Source: a virus
Length of the DNA: 64,000 bases
Virus record (IMG/VR): IMGVR_UViG_3300028920_000064
Coordinates: 13,441 to 77,440 of that record
Strand: one strand, 5' to 3'
Shown in pieces: positions 20,240-30,100 of the stretch. The first letter of the stretch is position 1; each line of letters opens with the position of its first letter. The notes under the pieces were generated by a model. That model saw only the letters and a program-made list of their open reading frames with translations, was not told the origin of the DNA and did not search any database. The position numbers and the translations under genes are program-made.

Positions 20240-23200
20240 TTATTGACTTCTTTCACTTGGCCGCGACAAAACGGCTATGTTCGATATTGTTATCTTATCT
20301 GTCAGAGCGCCTGAGTTTTGCACAAGCATATCTACCCGCAAATACAAACCTCTCATATTGCGGCCATTCATTTCTTTTTGGCTCTGTGTTCCAGGCCCGG
20401 GAGTGTTGATGTCATTCAGGATCTGGCAGTAAAATACCCCTTCCCGTTCTTCGATGTTCACATCATATATGTTCGTCTCCATCTCACCGGATCCCGCTGT
20501 GGCTTTTGCAGGAACAGTCACGCTGTTAAACTGTGGCCGGCCACCCGTCATATAGGCATGGATGGCTTTGAATATCTTCACCTTCATGGGGTTTTGGTTG
20601 GCATAAAACACCAGGTTTGGTGTCCTCACAACGCCAGTAAGGGTATTGTAATCAGTCCCTGCCCACCACTGATAAACAGTATTCAGGTTTGTCTGATATA
20701 ATTTTCGGCCAAACCAATACATCACACCTCTTTCAAAATTCACATCCAACTGATTCTTCCACCTCTGCTCCCTCTCGCTGTAAGTGATAACTTCTTGTGT
20801 ATTGGATCCTGTTCCGAAGAGGCAGAACAACTCATCTGTCACCTTTGAATATCCAAACTGAACCCACACGTTATGTTGATCACCATAGGCTTTCAGGGCA
20901 TTTGCCTTATCGATGAAATACCTTTTCATCTTCCTGTCACTGATCACCTCAATGCCGTTTGCCGCGTCCCTGATAACGGCTCCCTCTCCCTCGTCCCAAA
21001 AGTACAGGTGACGGTCATGGACTATGACACTATCCGGATGCCTTGTCCCGTAATTCTCCATTGCAGGACGCACTGATCCAAATACTTTGTCTGTAAATAG
21101 GTACTGAGCCTCACCAGAGGCTTTAAAGGACTCTTGCCGGCTTATGTATATACTTACAGGCTTGGTGTACTGTAAGACCTTTAAAACGAATCCTACGAGC
21201 CTCATGCTCTCAATAGGCCCATATTCATCTTTGAGATCCAGGTAATCGTCAAACTCAAACTCCGCTATCTGGTTCAGCTGAGATCCTATGTTCACTTTCC
21301 CTCCATGTCTCAGTCTCTTTGTCAGAACATTTTGCTGCTGGCTATCGATATCGGGGATTGGGTTTCCCTGGGATGTGAGCTGATTGGTGAAGTAAAAATC
21401 AGAGGCATACTGGCTCTCTACCCATATAGCAAAGTTCACATCGTCATCTACGTTCCGGAAGTTCCGGAGGTATTTCCAATTATCGTGTGATGTGTTGACC
21501 ACGGAAGCGGGCGTTGATGGCTGGCCGCCGGCAGTCAGGACCTGATCAACATTACCTTTGTGAAACTTGTTCCCATAGATGTCAGTCCCTATCTCAAATG
21601 TCATTCCGGTGGTAAAATACAAGTTCGACTCTGTAGTGAAGGGCCTGTAGATCTCCACCAACAGGTTATCTGGCCAGGCATTAGGAGGCCCAGCTGTGGA
21701 GGGAACAAAGGATGGTAGATTATCATTAACCGGGAAGTATATCCATTCACTCTGGATCTCCGTGCTATCATGCGGATCGTCACCTATTGTGCTTGCCTGT
21801 TCATAATCAGTAAACACGGCCATTATCTCCACATCGTAAATCGCGTCGTTGATCTCTGTAAGCACTCCCGCTCCGCTGACCTTCCCGATGATCCGGATCC
21901 TGTCTCCTTTCTCCCACACATATTCCTCAACAGACCAGTTTAAAAGGTTATCCCTGGTGTTGGCCTGCGCCTTCTTGATCCTCAATCGGAAGTATTCATC
22001 CCAGGACACAAAGGCGGATGAGTCTGTATGGTTCTTTTTACCCTGTGCAAAATTATATCCCAACAGCTGTAGGTGCCATGAGGTAGACTTGTTGCCTGCA
22101 TACACGATCTCGTAGCTGGCTGCCTGTGGAGGGGGTAAATGATTTAACTCAAAAGTGATTATGGGCTTACGACCCACATTGCTTGATGTGTTCTCGGTGG
22201 GAAATGGGATGTATGTTGTCATCTCATCTGTCCCGATCAGCGGTGTGATCCTCCCTACAATATCCCGGTAGATGATGGCCCAGGCGTGTGTAGCGCCCGT
22301 CTTGAGCATTGGCACCTTATCTACATAGGTGACGCTGTTTCTCTCATAAAAGAACTCATATTCCCATAACACATAGGGCCTGTTGAATGTAGATGCCTGT
22401 CTTGGAAAGGCGCAGAAGGTGTATGCAGATGGTGTGAAGCAGGTATCTACCTCCCCAGCCCATACCGTGTTGACAGCTCCACTGATGCCGGCCACGGCTG
22501 CTGACGGATATGAATCCGTCCCATTGTAGACGTATGAGGCTGTGGTCCATGGGTCTGATGACTGGAATTTTATTCTGACCTTGAACTCACAAGCGCCCGG
22601 GTTTGTTGTTGGAAGGGTGAATCTGAGCAGGAAATCAAATATGTCCTCACTCACCCACCTGGCAATATCCAGGACGTTGAGGTTGACAGTTTGAAAGGTT
22701 ATCCCTGACAGGTCCTCCCATGAAAGATCAATGTCTACCTGGGATCCTATCCTGCTATATCCCTCTGTGATATTCCCAAAAGCCAGTATGTTCCCTTCGA
22801 TCAGCTCCATGTGTTTTGCCCGGATGGGAACATAATGGAACAGATTGAAAACATCAGCTGAGGGGACAACGGCACCGGCTTTATCATTATAGAAATACAC
22901 ATACAGCGCCTCATTTGCTGGCAGTATCCTGTAATTCTTGTCATTGACTACATAAATCTCATCGATGATGAACCAGGTTGAGGGATCCTCTGATGTCCTG
23001 GCCACTATACGAATCGATCTGACTTGCTCGTTGCCGGTATTGACCTGTAACCGAATCGTGTTGTTGTGTGCGGGGTCTGTTTCCGGATCGCCAAAGACCG
23101 TTTCTTCTTGCGAAGGTGCCGGCACAAAGCTCGGAGGGGCAAATGTACTCTTCCTGTAATCCATGTAGATATACTGGTAAGAGAACTGCCATGTCTTTCC

Positions 23201-23986
23201 TTTCAGCTGATTTACAGCCACCGATGGTGTTGGAAGATATTCTGCTGTTGCGGCAATCAACGGGGGTAGTGCGGCAAGTGTAAAGTTGTTTGGATCCACG
23301 GGATCCAGGTATACATCAACCACCAACTCAATAGGATCATAATAGGTAGGGGCCAGGTCGGGAGTGGTAGAAACACCCGTTGTGCTTTGCAGGACCTCAT
23401 AAACATAGTCCAGGTAATAGATGAAATCACCGGCTGAATATCCGGGGCTGTTGGCATAAGCCGCCTCCCAGTAAGAAACCGCTGAATCAATCCCTGCATC
23501 CCACGTTCTCTCCATCTTCTCCATATCCATCTGCCGTATGTCATTCACGTTGTCAGTGAAGATTAGCCGGCCATCAACGATCCGTGGGTTGTAAAACTTC
23601 TGTTTGTCTGAGTCCCATGCTTTTATATTCCATGTGGCAGCAAGTCCCTGGAACACTATCTTGAAAGTGTTGTTCAAGATATCGTGCTTGATGATCACAA
23701 ACTGCCCAACGCTTGATACCTCGCCATAAGCCAGGATATATGCCCTGTCGTTCTCCTCATCCTTCGCTATCCCCAGGTGGAGCCAGTTGGTTGTTGTCCC
23801 TCCCATGTTTGGAAGGGTGAGTGCTAAGTGTGATTTGACAGAAGATAACAATCCCCCATCTCCTTGCTCCTGTGTTGGGCTGGTGTGTAGGTTTCGTAAT
23901 TCCTCATAATCTCCCTGCTCAAAGTGCCTGGGATCGTCATCGGTGTTAAGGCCACCTATGGGTATGATATCTTCTCTCTGTTGCAT
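20240..23986 (-). CDS. Tail stabilisation / muzzle protein (P22 gp10-like, crAss-type)
   Basis: N-terminal GGLNTDDDPR, then LIFTDNVNDIRQ, VPIRAKHMELIEGNILAFGN and C-terminal GRNMRG, as in crAss-type stabilisation proteins. Follows the ring genes. Confidence 0.8.
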   Translation of the reverse strand: MQQREDIIPIGGLNTDDDPRHFEQGDYEELRNLHTSPTQEQGDGGLLSSVKSHLALTLPNMGGTTTNWLHLGIAKDEENDRAYILAYGEVSSVGQFVIIKHDILNNTFKIVFQGLAATWNIKAWDSDKQKFYNPRIVDGRLIFTDNVNDIRQMDMEKMERTWDAGIDSAVSYWEAAYANSPGYSAGDFIYYLDYVYEVLQSTTGVSTTPDLAPTYYDPIELVVDVYLDPVDPNNFTLAALPPLIAATAEYLPTPSVAVNQLKGKTWQFSYQYIYMDYRKSTFAPPSFVPAPSQEETVFGDPETDPAHNNTIRLQVNTGNEQVRSIRIVARTSEDPSTWFIIDEIYVVNDKNYRILPANEALYVYFYNDKAGAVVPSADVFNLFHYVPIRAKHMELIEGNILAFGNITEGYSRIGSQVDIDLSWEDLSGITFQTVNLNVLDIARWVSEDIFDFLLRFTLPTTNPGACEFKVRIKFQSSDPWTTASYVYNGTDSYPSAAVAGISGAVNTVWAGEVDTCFTPSAYTFCAFPRQASTFNRPYVLWEYEFFYERNSVTYVDKVPMLKTGATHAWAIIYRDIVGRITPLIGTDEMTTYIPFPTENTSSNVGRKPIITFELNHLPPPQAASYEIVYAGNKSTSWHLQLLGYNFAQGKKNHTDSSAFVSWDEYFRLRIKKAQANTRDNLLNWSVEEYVWEKGDRIRIIGKVSGAGVLTEINDAIYDVEIMAVFTDYEQASTIGDDPHDSTEIQSEWIYFPVNDNLPSFVPSTAGPPNAWPDNLLVEIYRPFTTESNLYFTTGMTFEIGTDIYGNKFHKGNVDQVLTAGGQPSTPASVVNTSHDNWKYLRNFRNVDDDVNFAIWVESQYASDFYFTNQLTSQGNPIPDIDSQQQNVLTKRLRHGGKVNIGSQLNQIAEFEFDDYLDLKDEYGPIESMRLVGFVLKVLQYTKPVSIYISRQESFKASGEAQYLFTDKVFGSVRPAMENYGTRHPDSVIVHDRHLYFWDEGEGAVIRDAANGIEVISDRKMKRYFIDKANALKAYGDQHNVWVQFGYSKVTDELFCLFGTGSNTQEVITYSEREQRWKNQLDVNFERGVMYWFGRKLYQTNLNTVYQWWAGTDYNTLTGVVRTPNLVFYANQNPMKVKIFKAIHAYMTGGRPQFNSVTVPAKATAGSGEMETNIYDVNIEEREGVFYCQILNDINTPGPGTQSQKEMNGRNMRGLYLRVDMLVQNSGALTDKITISNIAVLSRPSERSQ

Positions 23987-24750
23987 TATCGTTTCGGTGT
24001 TTGCCTGCTGTGCTTATAAACGTGCCTGCGGTATTCATCTGCCGTAAATGCGCTTTGGAAGAAGTCCAGGGCATGAACCTGTTCTTCATACTGAGCCTTT
24101 TTCCTTTCCTTCTCTGTGGCTGATACTTTGGAGTCGTTTTCGATCAATTGCCAGAAGGCATAGGCCCTTAATGCTGAAACGGCTTCCCGGGGGATGACCG
24201 TTGTGCCTTGCAGCTTTACACCAGTGGAGATATATTCCAGGACTATCTCTGCCCTGGGGATGGATCCGGAGAATATGATCGTCCTCTTTTCCCTGTCAAA
24301 TCGATAAAAAGCCTGATCTGCCCCGGGCATACCATAAAGGCCGGCCACAAACTGACCGTTCCTTGTATGCTCAGTGAAATAAAGGTTTTCCGTAAATGAA
24401 GAAATATTGCTATCGGTATTCCCAACCTCCTCTCCATCAACAAATGTTCGGGGAAACAATATCTGCTTATGATTGGTAAGCACCCTCAGCTTGCCGGCTA
24501 TTGGAATGCCTATTTTTAGCCAATCAACAAAGTCTGCAGGAACATCAACAGTCTTTGCCTCAGACATTCGCAGATAAACCACCTCAATATTGTCCAGGTG
24601 CCATAAGTTGAGATCTGAATATCCTTCGATAACTATCTGTTCCAGGAAGGAATAATGCCTCATTGAATAGTCCCTGAGCCTATTGAGAACACTCATAACC
24701 ACATAATTGATAGTGGTTGTCCCTTGAATTTTTGGATTTTCTGTACTCAT
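23986..24750 (-). CDS. Tail ring (tubular) protein, crAss-type
   Basis: VDVPADFVDWLKIG and EIVLEYISTG. Size and position match. Confidence 0.7.
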   Translation of the reverse strand: MSTENPKIQGTTTINYVVMSVLNRLRDYSMRHYSFLEQIVIEGYSDLNLWHLDNIEVVYLRMSEAKTVDVPADFVDWLKIGIPIAGKLRVLTNHKQILFPRTFVDGEEVGNTDSNISSFTENLYFTEHTRNGQFVAGLYGMPGADQAFYRFDREKRTIIFSGSIPRAEIVLEYISTGVKLQGTTVIPREAVSALRAYAFWQLIENDSKVSATEKERKKAQYEEQVHALDFFQSAFTADEYRRHVYKHSRQTPKR

Positions 24751-25373
24751 CGCTGATTGGCTTTATTGTCATTAATAGTGTCCTCCCCTGGCTTTTCCCT
24801 CAACAAGCCGATCACGGCCTGGATAAGCAGCTCCTCTTTGCCGGCAGGGACGGAGATCGTTTCAAAATCATCAACCTGGTCAAAAGGAACAATCATCTTA
24901 ACCTTGACAGCTGAACAACCATCAGGCACCTGGCCCAGGACTAATACGTGGGAATTGATTTCCGTCCCGGCGTTTTTCTCAAGATAAAAGGTCGGCTTAT
25001 TGCTAACCTGCCCCACATCCAGGGCGTTGAAAACCGAATTGGCGTTTGTCTCCCTGTACGCAAAGGTGTTTGTGAGATCTGTGCCGGCAGACACCTGCAG
25101 GATCCCCATGCCATTTGGCAACTGTACCGGAGGATATGGTAACAACGCCCGATCATTAACAATATTTACATCATGGTTCAGAGCCCAAGCATCCAACACA
25201 CTATAATCGCTGTGCATCTTACCCTCTAGGTATGTTGCCATGACAACGGAGTTGTAGCCAAGTGCAAGCAGGTTTGAAATGATCTCAGGGTGATATCTGC
25301 CCTTCACATCGTCCGGAGCATCACCCCCGGCCAGGTAATCCTGCACCAATTCGATTAAATGTATCTTTCTCAT
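24747..25373 (-). CDS. Tail ring protein, crAss-type
   Basis: 208 aa, helix-beta-helix layout with C-terminal DTINDN. Position matches. Confidence 0.6.
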   Translation of the reverse strand: MRKIHLIELVQDYLAGGDAPDDVKGRYHPEIISNLLALGYNSVVMATYLEGKMHSDYSVLDAWALNHDVNIVNDRALLPYPPVQLPNGMGILQVSAGTDLTNTFAYRETNANSVFNALDVGQVSNKPTFYLEKNAGTEINSHVLVLGQVPDGCSAVKVKMIVPFDQVDDFETISVPAGKEELLIQAVIGLLREKPGEDTINDNKANQR

Positions 25374-25525
25374 TTCTTCCTCTTTTTACTGGTTTTCCCT
25401 TTGGTCCAGCCACCGCCTTTTTTCCGCTTAATACCGGTGCTTTTGACGCAGATCCCGTAGGCGTTTGATTTACTCTTCCCGGATTTCCGCACCTTCTTGA
25501 CGCACCGTTCAAGTTTTGCAGGCAT
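25370..25525 (-). CDS. 51-aa highly basic protein (not in ORF track)
   Basis: MPAKLERCVKKVRKSGKSKSNAYGICVKSTGIKRKKGGGWTKGKTSKKRKK. ATGA overlap with the next gene. Confidence 0.75.
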   Translation of the reverse strand: MPAKLERCVKKVRKSGKSKSNAYGICVKSTGIKRKKGGGWTKGKTSKKRKK

Positions 25526-25527
25526 GA

Positions 25528-25638
25528 CTATTTCTTCTTACCTGTTTTCATCACCTTGCGTGCTGACTTCTTGTAGCCAGTTGCCTTGGGCTTTGACGAT
25601 CTCATCGCCTTGCCCATTTTCTTCTTCCTGCACCCCAT
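25528..25638 (-). CDS. 36-aa highly basic protein (not in ORF track)
   Basis: MGCRKKKMGKAMRSSKPKATGYKKSARKVMKTGKKK. TGATG overlap with the upstream ORF; fills the gap exactly. Confidence 0.65.
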   Translation of the reverse strand: MGCRKKKMGKAMRSSKPKATGYKKSARKVMKTGKKK

Positions 25639-25826
25639 CACTTCATGCTTTTAGGCGGTTTCTTCCTTTGCACTTTCTTTCCCGTCCTGGTCTTGATGTA
25701 ATTGCCAGGGGGCATTCCATAGTCCTTTGAGTAGCGTCCCTTCTTTTTCACTTCCATCCGGGCAGCTTTCCTCCTGCCCTTAGCTCCTGTCAATGCGCCG
25801 CTTCCGCGCTTCGGTTTTTTTGCCAT
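25638..25826 (-). CDS. 62-aa highly basic protein
   Basis: 23 K/R versus 2 D/E. Tightly packed in the operon. Confidence 0.7.
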   Translation of the reverse strand: MAKKPKRGSGALTGAKGRRKAARMEVKKKGRYSKDYGMPPGNYIKTRTGKKVQRKKPPKSMK

Positions 25827-25841
25827 GATATCATGTTTAAG

Positions 25842-26546
25842 TTACACTCCTTGAGCCTTATGCTGTTCAGCATATTGCTCCAATTGTTGCTCACGGATGT
25901 TTATTCCAATATAACTGAGGATCATCATCGTGAGATCCCGGTGTAGGTGTTGAGGCCATTCATATTCAACCGGTGATGCCCCCTCGGTGATATATCCTGT
26001 TTCCTGTACATAATCGAAAACCGGATCCAGAGGATACCTGATATAGGCGAAATCAACTTGCGCTATGGATGTGGGGTACACATAAATGCCATCGCTACGC
26101 ATCACACAGGCCGGATTCTTGGCCGTTGGCTCCTTGGTGAAGTTCCCGGACCTGTCAGAATATTCGTCCTCTGTAAGGCTCTCTACGGGCTTCCAGAGGA
26201 CCTTTGGCGATCCATCGACCTGTCGTTGATATCCGTAGCGCATGGCATCAAACCCAAAATAGTCTACTGGGTAGGCCACCACACCACCCGCTACGGCTTG
26301 TGCAGCCACTCTTTTTTTCAGGAACCTGGTTTCATCAGTCAGCCTTTGGGTAGCATCCAGGTATTGACGAGATATGGGAGCGCCCAGCTGATAATCTTCC
26401 GGAAGCCCCATCTTTACCTTAAACAGGTCCATATTTGCAACCTTTACCAGCTGCGCAAACCTGTCAGGTGTTATCACATTACCCTCATAATCCTTGTCGG
26501 CAATGTAATTTATCAGTTCCCATTGTTCAAAAAGTGTCATAATCAA
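25842..26546 (-). CDS. Tail ring / head-tail adaptor protein, crAss-type
   Basis: N-terminal IADKDYEGNVITPDRF and C-terminal YIRYPLDP...ILSYIGINIRE pattern. Confidence 0.7.
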   Translation of the reverse strand: MIMTLFEQWELINYIADKDYEGNVITPDRFAQLVKVANMDLFKVKMGLPEDYQLGAPISRQYLDATQRLTDETRFLKKRVAAQAVAGGVVAYPVDYFGFDAMRYGYQRQVDGSPKVLWKPVESLTEDEYSDRSGNFTKEPTAKNPACVMRSDGIYVYPTSIAQVDFAYIRYPLDPVFDYVQETGYITEGASPVEYEWPQHLHRDLTMMILSYIGINIREQQLEQYAEQHKAQGV

Positions 26547-26549
26547 TTG

Positions 26550-27065
26550 TTATTTTGTGTCATCCACCATCCAAAAGATCAGGTCCATTACATTTTGGGG
26601 GCATTTTTCGTGCGCCTCCATCAGAGAGAGAGGAACCATGAAGGGTTTGAAATCGGTGTCATCTTCAATAAATTCCTCATTGTACTTCTTCACCTTGTCA
26701 TCATGCTTGTCCATCTCCTCCTTGTACTTCTTTTCCAGTTTGGCCAGGTCCTTCCGATATGCGCTTGCCTCGTCATCCTGCCCCTCAATGTCGTAGATCA
26801 TCTGGAACGTGCCAGGATCGATCCCCGGGGTCCTTTTCAGCACAGGTTCCCCTTTCTTATCCTTCACGGAATGCTTTTTGGCCAACTCCTCCCGTTCTTT
26901 TTTGAATTTCTCCATCTCTTCTGACATCTTGATGGTCAATTCCATGTCCTCAATCTCATCCTTCACCAAGCGTTTGTTCTTGTTAACTGCATAGGTTACC
27001 CTGGGATGTTCAAATCTTGCCATGTTCAGCCCTTGCCTGAATGTGTACAAATCTTTCTTTTTCAT
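26550..27065 (-). CDS. DUF1617-like phage protein (possible tail-fibre assembly helper)
   Basis: YAVNKNKRLV...EREELAKKHSVKDKKGEPV. Directly follows the tail fibre. Confidence 0.5.
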   Translation of the reverse strand: MKKKDLYTFRQGLNMARFEHPRVTYAVNKNKRLVKDEIEDMELTIKMSEEMEKFKKEREELAKKHSVKDKKGEPVLKRTPGIDPGTFQMIYDIEGQDDEASAYRKDLAKLEKKYKEEMDKHDDKVKKYNEEFIEDDTDFKPFMVPLSLMEAHEKCPQNVMDLIFWMVDDTK

Positions 27066-27100
27066 AGTAATTGATGTTGTTGGTTAATAATCATATAAAG

Positions 27101-30100
27101 TTACACTATATTAAGTTTGCTTTTAAGATCTTCTATCTCTAATTGTTGCTCTTTTACAGCATTGACCAGCAAGGCAACCACTCCGTCATAATCTATGTTT
27201 AGATAATCAGTTTGGCCAAGTTTCCTTACAGCCTCTGGCAACACTGCCTGGACATCTTGAGCTGACAGGCCGGCTCTCATGCTACCATCCAGGCCCGTTT
27301 CTATCTGTCCTTGTTCGTTTAAGCTGTACAGGAATCCTTCAAGGGCCATCACCTTCTGTGTTGCGCTAGAGATGACGCACTCGTAATTTTTCAACCGGAT
27401 ATCAGAAGTAGAAGCCCCTCTTCTTACCTCGTTGGTAGTGCTGTCATAAGTAAGGTAATAATCACCCGCTGTTGTATTGATGCTGGTGATGTGTATGGTG
27501 TCTACAAATATGTCATCAAAAGGATACCCAGCATTCCCAAGATTCACATCACCACCTGCGCCTGAACTTGGGATAATGCTATAATAGGGCCAAATACCAC
27601 CTGCCCCTATACCCAAATGTCGATTACTACTTCCGTAAAAATAAATATATCCAGGCGTGTTACTGCCTTGAATCCAAACAGTATTGGCTCCAAATTCTAA
27701 ATGCTCAGTATCAGCCAGTCTTATATCATCGCCAGAGGTGGCTGGGGTAATTACATTAGAAGTCACATCCCAGGCCCCACCGCCTGCTGTACCATAGGTA
27801 AGCAGTCCGGATGTGGTGTTGTAATAAACCACGTTTGTCTCCGATCCCTTTGCTTCAAGATGTCCTGCAGAACCGGTTCCAAAATATATCTGACCATCCG
27901 TTCCGGCGGTAAGGGCCAAGCCTCTCTTTAAATACAGGTTCCCGCCATTTCCCCCTGCGCTATCACCTCCTGCTACTGTCAAATTCCCCCCTGCTGAGGT
28001 ATCAATACTTTGTTTTGCCTGTAAACTATTTGTTACGACATAACTCCAAGGAAATGTCGGTGAACCAAGAGAGCCTGGGGTTGATCCTGGGAAAATACCT
28101 CTGTTATTGTTTAATGTTAAACTGCCTACGTTTGTTGCATTCTGAGCATTGAAATTGATTGTCGCATCAGCAACAGATATACTTGTGGTGCCATTACCTA
28201 CGATCAAATAATTATCAGTAAGGGTTCCGGATGCTGTTACGTCTCCGCTTCCACCAGCGAGGTCGGACAACGTGTAGGATCCCGTACTATCTGTCAACTC
28301 CATTTCGGTCCCGTCTACATCGATATATACAGAGGCGCTGTCTACATACAGCCTGTTCACATAGGCGTTATTCCAATAATATGAGCTTGATCCTAACTCC
28401 AATGTTTTAGTTGCATTTGGGATCACATTCAGGTATGGCCGTATTGATAAAGCTCCCACCAATAACGCAGTACCACTATTACACGTTATATTGATACTGT
28501 TAGCTGCTGATTCAAAAATATAGGTATCACCGTCACCAAAGGTTATTCTTTCAGTGGTATTGGCCAAAAGGATGTCATCCCCTGGATTTGTTGGACTTAA
28601 ATTGGTGCCGGTCCTTGTCCATGCTGAATTTGCAACGCCATCAGCGTAATCTTTGACTGCCGCCCAGTCGGGTATCCACCGATCCAGTGTAGTTCCCACA
28701 GTAGAATAATCATCTGCATATTGAAATCCAATTGAATCTTCAGTATCCGTTACTGTTATCGCATCGACATCAAACTGTATATTTTTAACTGTACTAGGTG
28801 GTCCGGAAACAGAGTTTACCCATCCAATAGCGGTAAGCCCGCCAGAATAAAGAGTTGAATTAGTTCCTGACAAAGCCCCAAAACTTTGTACATAACTAGA
28901 AGCGCCAATCGTTCCAACATAAAATGTTCTGCTTGTTCCACTAAAAGCTACACTGCTAGTAAGTGCGCCTCCCAGGTCTACATTACCTGCAACCTCAGTA
29001 AGTCCAGAATCAAATGTGTAATAAGAAGAAGCCGCTGTGTCTGCATAACCTTTGACTGCCGCCCAGTCGGGGATCCATCGATCAAGGGAACTGCCCGCGG
29101 CAGAATAATTGGCATTATAAACCATCCCAATGAGATCCTGCTCGTCATATACAGTAAAATTATCTGCCCCGATATGGAATCCTTTTGGATCAGTAAACAC
29201 ACAAACTAAGTTTATTTCTGGATCATTATAAGGGCTTATGTGAAGATATCCGTAAGATGAAACGCTAAATTGGGCTTGTATTAGTATATCATCTTCGGAG
29301 GAAACATTAAAGTATTGAATTTGCTGATTACTACCGTAGGTTCCAAACGTAATCCCATAAATATTACCTCCGTTGATTGTAACGTCTGTGCTTAAAGTTC
29401 CGCCCCAATCTACATTGCCTCCGGCCTCAGTGATACCGCTATCAAAGGTGTAAACCGTTGCTGCGCCAATTGCGGCAAACACAGCGCCTGATGTGGGTAT
29501 GTGGGTATCATCGTCCGTGAGGGTTGTTTCCACAGTATCAACACTGCCTGAACCTGTGAGAGATCCATATACCCCTGCAGCCGTTCTCCTTAAAATACCA
29601 TTTGAACCAAAATCACCATCTACCACCACATCAGAGTGTGAGGTTTCATACGTGCTTACACCGGTATTAAAATCTGAGATATCAGCATACCCAATTGAAT
29701 GCGGGTTTCCAGTGGTGATCTGGCTGTGTGAGTATGCTGTATCCCAGTTTGAAGAGCTATCTGTGATTGTATCATATACCCCAGCTGCAGTTCTTCGCAT
29801 CAGCCCATTGGCGGTAAAGTCACCATCAACAATAACATCAGCATGAGATGTCTCATAAGTGCTTACTCCGGTGTTGAAGTCCGTGATATCTGCATATCCA
29901 ATGCTGTGAGGATTCCCTGTGGTAATTTGGCTATGGGAATAAGCGGTGTTCCAATTGGCAGAGTTATCCGTGATTGAGGTGTCCCATCCTGATCCGGTGG
30001 AGAGGGCTATTCCCGCACCTGGATACACCATTCCACCACCAGAGGGTGCATCAGCGTAGGTGAGTTCACCAGTAGTGCGGTTGTAATAAATGATCGATGT

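Noticed and set aside
26058-26924. 288-aa plus-strand ORF and other plus-strand ORFs (e.g. 14133-14816, 56176-56799)
   Set aside because: Antisense shadows of well-supported minus-strand genes, with no recognisable motifs.
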